The notes beneath the pieces were generated by a model that was not told where the DNA came from, made no database searches, and was given only the letters and a program-made list of their open reading frames with translations. DNA of 64,000 nucleotides from Tepidisphaeraceae bacterium (lineage in GTDB: Bacteria > Planctomycetota > Phycisphaerae > Tepidisphaerales > Tepidisphaeraceae), in the NCBI GenBank assembly GCA_965247815.1, contig CBDFHW010000025.1:89058-153057 (forward strand), written 5' to 3'. The translations under genes were made by a program, and so were the position numbers. How positions within the stretch are numbered: the first letter of the stretch is position 1; every line of letters starts with the position of its first letter. Positions 61,136 through 64,000 of this stretch are shown one piece after another.

Positions 61136-61417
61136 TTATCCGGCACTTCCGGGTAGCGAAGCAAAGAAAGTTCGAAAGTGCATCAAGACCTTGGCCACAT
61201 CTTCTTCGCCAATGAACTCCTCCTCGCCAACGAACATGTGCGCGGTCACCAATCGGTAGCATAGGTGACGCGCTTCCTCGATCCGCTGGTAAGGCAACGC
61301 TTCGAGCGCCTCCATGTGGAATGAGATTGAGCGTTCCACGTCATCCGGCCGAATGCGGCCAGCCTCATAGTCGTCGAGGATAGCACCCATTCGAACAATG
61401 ATGTCGCGGTTCGCCAT
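61136..61417 (-). CDS. Small hypothetical protein, possibly truncated by the IS3 insertion
   Basis: The long ORF frame runs to 61549, across the IS3 left end. The first ATG is at 61417. Confidence 0.3.
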   Translation of the reverse strand: MANRDIIVRMGAILDDYEAGRIRPDDVERSISFHMEALEALPYQRIEEARHLCYRLVTAHMFVGEEEFIGEEDVAKVLMHFRTFFASLPGSAG

Positions 61418-61600
61418 GTGCCGGATAACTACTATTCTGCTGCGCACCGCCATAAAAGCCGCGTTTGGCGGTGATCGGTGCTCGTTCCCTAAACTACTTT
61501 CACAGCAACCGGGGGGAAGATTAAGGGGACGTAGTTTGGGCTTCCCCACTAAGCACGGGCGCGGCAGAGGGCAGAGTAGAATCTGTCTGAAGGAGTGTCC

Positions 61601-61882
61601 ATGGCACGAAGAAAGTACACGCGGGAGTTCAAGATTTCAGCAGTCAAGCTGGTCAATCAACAGGGGTATTCAGTGGTTGACGCGGCCAAGAGCCTGGGCG
61701 TCGATCCCAACAGCGTTCGGGGGTGGGTCGGCAAGTTTGGAGCCGAGGCCGGCTTGGCGCCGACTGGCGACGGAGCGATGGCGGCAGAGCTGCGGCGGCT
61801 GCGCAAGGAGAACGCCCGGCTTTTGATGGAGCGCGAGATTTTAAAAAAAGCAGCTCAGTTCTTCGCAAAGGAGCAGCTGTGA
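61601..61882 (+). CDS. IS3 OrfA (helix-turn-helix transposase N-terminal part)
   Basis: MARRKYTREFKISAVKLV... ending at the AAAAAAAG slippery run (61844-61851), where a -1 frameshift would fuse it to orfB. Confidence 0.85.
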   Translation: MARRKYTREFKISAVKLVNQQGYSVVDAAKSLGVDPNSVRGWVGKFGAEAGLAPTGDGAMAAELRRLRKENARLLMEREILKKAAQFFAKEQL

Positions 61883-62739
61883 AGTTTGCCTTCATCGAAG
61901 AACACCTCCGTGACTTTCCGGTTGAGGTTTCGTGCCAGGTGCTGGATGTCAGCCGCTCGGGTTACTACGACTGGATCAACCGGCCTGCGAGCGAGCGGTA
62001 CAAACGCCGGGAGGAACTGACGGCCAAGGTCAGAACCGCCGCCGTGGAAGGGCGCGGCGTCTACGGCAGCCCGCGGATCTATAAAGCCCTGGTGGCCCGG
62101 GGCGAAAGCGTGTGTGAAAACACGGTGGCAAAAGTGATGAAAGCGGCCGGAATCCGGGCGAAACAAAAGAAAAAATTCGTGCCGACCACCACCGACAGCG
62201 ACCACCCCAACCCGGTGGCCGGCAACGTGCTGGACCGGCAGTTCGCCGCCGAACTCCCGAACCAGAAATGGGCGGTGGACATCACTTACATTCCGACCGA
62301 CCAGGGATGGATGTACCTGGCGGGGGTGATTGATTTGTGCAGCCGGATGATCGTCGGCTGGTCGATGGCGGATCACATGCAAACCGATCTGGTGAGTGAT
62401 GCGCTGCAGATGGCGATCGCGCGAAGAAGCCCCGAGAAAGGCCTGCTGCACCACAGCGACCGCGGCGTTCAATACGCGAGTGATAATTACCAGCAGCTGC
62501 TGGAATCGCATGAAATGAACCAGAGCATGAGCGGCAAGGGAGACTGCTGGGACAACGCCGTAATGGAAAGCTTCTGGTCCACGCTCAAGACCGAGTTGGT
62601 GCATCACCAGAAGTTCGCCACACATGACCAGGCCCGGGCGTCGATCTTTGAGTACATCGAGGTGTTTTATAATCGCAGACGTCTGCACAGTTCGTTAGGC
62701 TATGTCAGCCCCGAGATGTTCGAGGCAAGCCTGAATTAG
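61879..62739 (+). CDS. IS3 OrfB (DDE integrase-core / rve domain)
   Basis: -1 frame relative to orfA. DDE motifs (WAVDITYI ... HHSDRGVQY ... ESFWSTLKTE). The frame is open from 61723. Confidence 0.85.
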   Translation: MKFAFIEEHLRDFPVEVSCQVLDVSRSGYYDWINRPASERYKRREELTAKVRTAAVEGRGVYGSPRIYKALVARGESVCENTVAKVMKAAGIRAKQKKKFVPTTTDSDHPNPVAGNVLDRQFAAELPNQKWAVDITYIPTDQGWMYLAGVIDLCSRMIVGWSMADHMQTDLVSDALQMAIARRSPEKGLLHHSDRGVQYASDNYQQLLESHEMNQSMSGKGDCWDNAVMESFWSTLKTELVHHQKFATHDQARASIFEYIEVFYNRRRLHSSLGYVSPEMFEASLN

Positions 62740-63391
62740 CCCTCTGCAGCGCCCGTGCTTAGTGGGGAAGCCCAGAAGGCCGGGTGACACTTCTATTTCG
62801 GCTAAGAGGGTGACATTTCTACTTCTGTACAACAACGGCCCAATATACGTTTAGGAAACACGAACTGCGGCAGATTGGCCTCGGGCGTTTCTCTCACCAG
62901 ACGCCGCGTTGATCGGAGTTTAGAACATCGCGAGCAGACGCTTAACTAGTTCAAATCCAGTGCGTAACTCAATCCGAGTGACCTGTCGTTGGCAGATTCG
63001 GACCGAAGTCTCTTTGACACCAAATGTTAAACGAGCTTGTCGGTTATCCGCTGACCTTGGCTCCGGATCCGGAGAGTTCTGCGGCAGGTGAGTTTCAATT
63101 CACAATATCAAATTTTTCACCGGTCTACGTCAGGAGCTACGTGCTTTGACTTCGGAGAATTACGTCGATTCGTGCAGGTGGTGTACCACCGCGGCCGGCA
63201 CCACGAGATGTGGGAAAACCATCAGAATTGGCAAGTTAAAGTAAGCAGATTGGCGACCCAATTTCGACCTCGTTGCGGCCTTTCGGCGGTTCCATATGCA
63301 ACATCCAAACCGATTGTAAAAGTGATGTAAATAACTATTATATATGTGCTTATGTGCATTCGATTATTTGGACTCAAGATCAAAGCTACGA

Positions 63392-63420
63392 TTGACACGT
63401 TTTCTATATCCAGTTATAGT
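63392..63420 (+). promoter_or_regulatory. Near-consensus sigma70-type promoter TTGACA-17nt-TATAGT
   Basis: TTGACA at 63392-63397, a 17-nt spacer, and TATAGT at 63415-63420. Located in AT-rich sequence. Confidence 0.55.
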
Positions 63421-63426
63421 TCGAGA

Positions 63427-63553
63427 CGTCGCAGAGAGGCTTAAAATCGATCACCGAGGAGTCTCTGCGAGCTCTCAGGACAAGTTAAGCGGCTTTCGAG
63501 CCGTGGCGCACTTCCGGAGGTGGTAGGAGCCACCCCTCCGGAAGTTCTTTTTT
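63427..63553 (+). ncRNA. Candidate small RNA or 5' leader (about 125 nt) with two internal hairpins and an intrinsic terminator
   Basis: No ATG in the transcript. Hairpins cgcagaga...tctctgcg (63430-63468) and cggct-ttcg-agccg (63490-63503). Terminator cttccggagg...cctccggaag (63511-63544) followed by TTCTTTTTT. Confidence 0.45.
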
Positions 63554-63661
63554 GCGCTTCACCTTATTTTCCCTTGCCCACATTTGGGGCGCAGTTTCAC
63601 TGACCAATCTGTCTACAACTATTGTCTTGACCGCATTACAGTCGGGACTGATAATTAGGCG

Positions 63662-64000
63662 ATGGCGAAATTCAGGCTCGACGTCATCGCCGATCTCGCA
63701 CGCCAGCTAACATTCACCCCGCTTTCAACCCGATTCGGTCAGACTACCGCCGCCGAAAAGCTGCTCCACGATCTTGATCCGCACACCGCCTATCCGCTGG
63801 ACTACATCATCTACCGCATTACCGGCTACCAGCCGAAGGTCACCGCGGAGCAAGATCTTCTGACCGGGCTGGCACTTCAACACGACCTCGGGCTGCTGAT
63901 CGAACTCGTGAGCGACACGCTCAAGCTCGAGGCGGCTGCCATGAGCGAGCCGATTCTGTCGATCGGCGACGTAACCCTGCGTTTCGAGGTCACGAGTAAA
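63662..64000 (+). CDS. Hypothetical protein, 5' partial (continues beyond the window end)
   Basis: ATG at 63662, open to the window end (113 codons). Not in the ORF track because no stop lies inside the window. Confidence 0.4.
   Translation, partial: MAKFRLDVIADLARQLTFTPLSTRFGQTTAAEKLLHDLDPHTAYPLDYIIYRITGYQPKVTAEQDLLTGLALQHDLGLLIELVSDTLKLEAAAMSEPILSIGDVTLRFEVTSK

Larger units (their letters stand above)
61537..62774 (+). mobile_element. IS3-family insertion sequence (1238 bp) with 26-bp perfect terminal inverted repeats (36 bp with 1 mismatch)
   Basis: IRL tgggcttccccactaagcacgggcgc (61537-61562) is the reverse complement of IRR (62749-62774). Termini are TG...CA. Internal orfA/orfB carry an A7G slippery site. 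Confidence 0.9.

Noticed and set aside
63344-63526. ORF (60 aa) overlapping the candidate sRNA
   Set aside because: It would have to start upstream of, and read through, the consensus -35/-10 promoter and into the terminator stem. It has no RBS and an implausible composition.

Overview
High-GC (about 60-65%) bacterial chromosomal segment. The gene content (many lipoproteins, MMPL exporter, EgtBD, ImuA-ImuB-DnaE2, Pro/Thr-rich linkers, frequent 4-nt gene overlaps) fits a Planctomycetota-like or other high-GC Gram-negative genome, but I cannot name the organism. About 55 plausible genes are present.

In order along the window:
- STAS/RsbW-like partner-switching pair, then a rhomboid protease with a TPR tail.
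- nrnA and pyrE.
- A lower-GC islet (about 5.7-7.4 kb) that begins with a 60-aa tyrosine-recombinase N-terminal remnant and carries orphan ORFs and a 42-bp x3 tandem repeat.
- A Dus tRNA-dihydrouridine synthase.
- A six-gene, translationally coupled operon: FkbO/Hyg5/XanB2-like chorismatase, flavin-dependent halogenase-like enzyme, aryl-AMP ligase, lipoprotein, MMPL exporter, AP-superfamily phosphodiesterase. A polysaccharide deacetylase and a PagL-like lipid A deacylase follow it. This resembles the starter-unit and export half of xanthomonadin / aryl-polyene / flexirubin clusters, with no PKS genes in view.
- egtB-egtD (ergothioneine), TerC-upp, metK, astA-astD.
- A flotillin/SPFH protein and a WD40 protein.
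- pyk, followed by an unusual inverted array of heptamer repeats.
- A TonB-dependent receptor operon (small His-rich protein, TBDR, TonB, ExbB, ExbD, coiled-coil protein). The receptor has an in-frame TGA between its signal peptide and plug domain.
- aguB-like amidase, GNAT, DUF488, RTX and SYLF proteins.
- A copper-resistance cluster: TolC-like OMF, Met-rich multicopper oxidase, DsbA-like protein.
- The imuA-imuB-dnaE2 mutagenesis cassette, with a (TCGGATT)x4 microsatellite in the imuA/imuB junction.
- Two IS elements next to it: a frameshifted IS110 and an intact IS3 with perfect 26-bp inverted repeats.
- A low-GC region containing a candidate small RNA with a consensus sigma70 promoter and an intrinsic terminator.

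No rRNA, tRNA or CRISPR was found. Many long ORFs in the supplied track run antisense to real genes and are high-GC artefacts.
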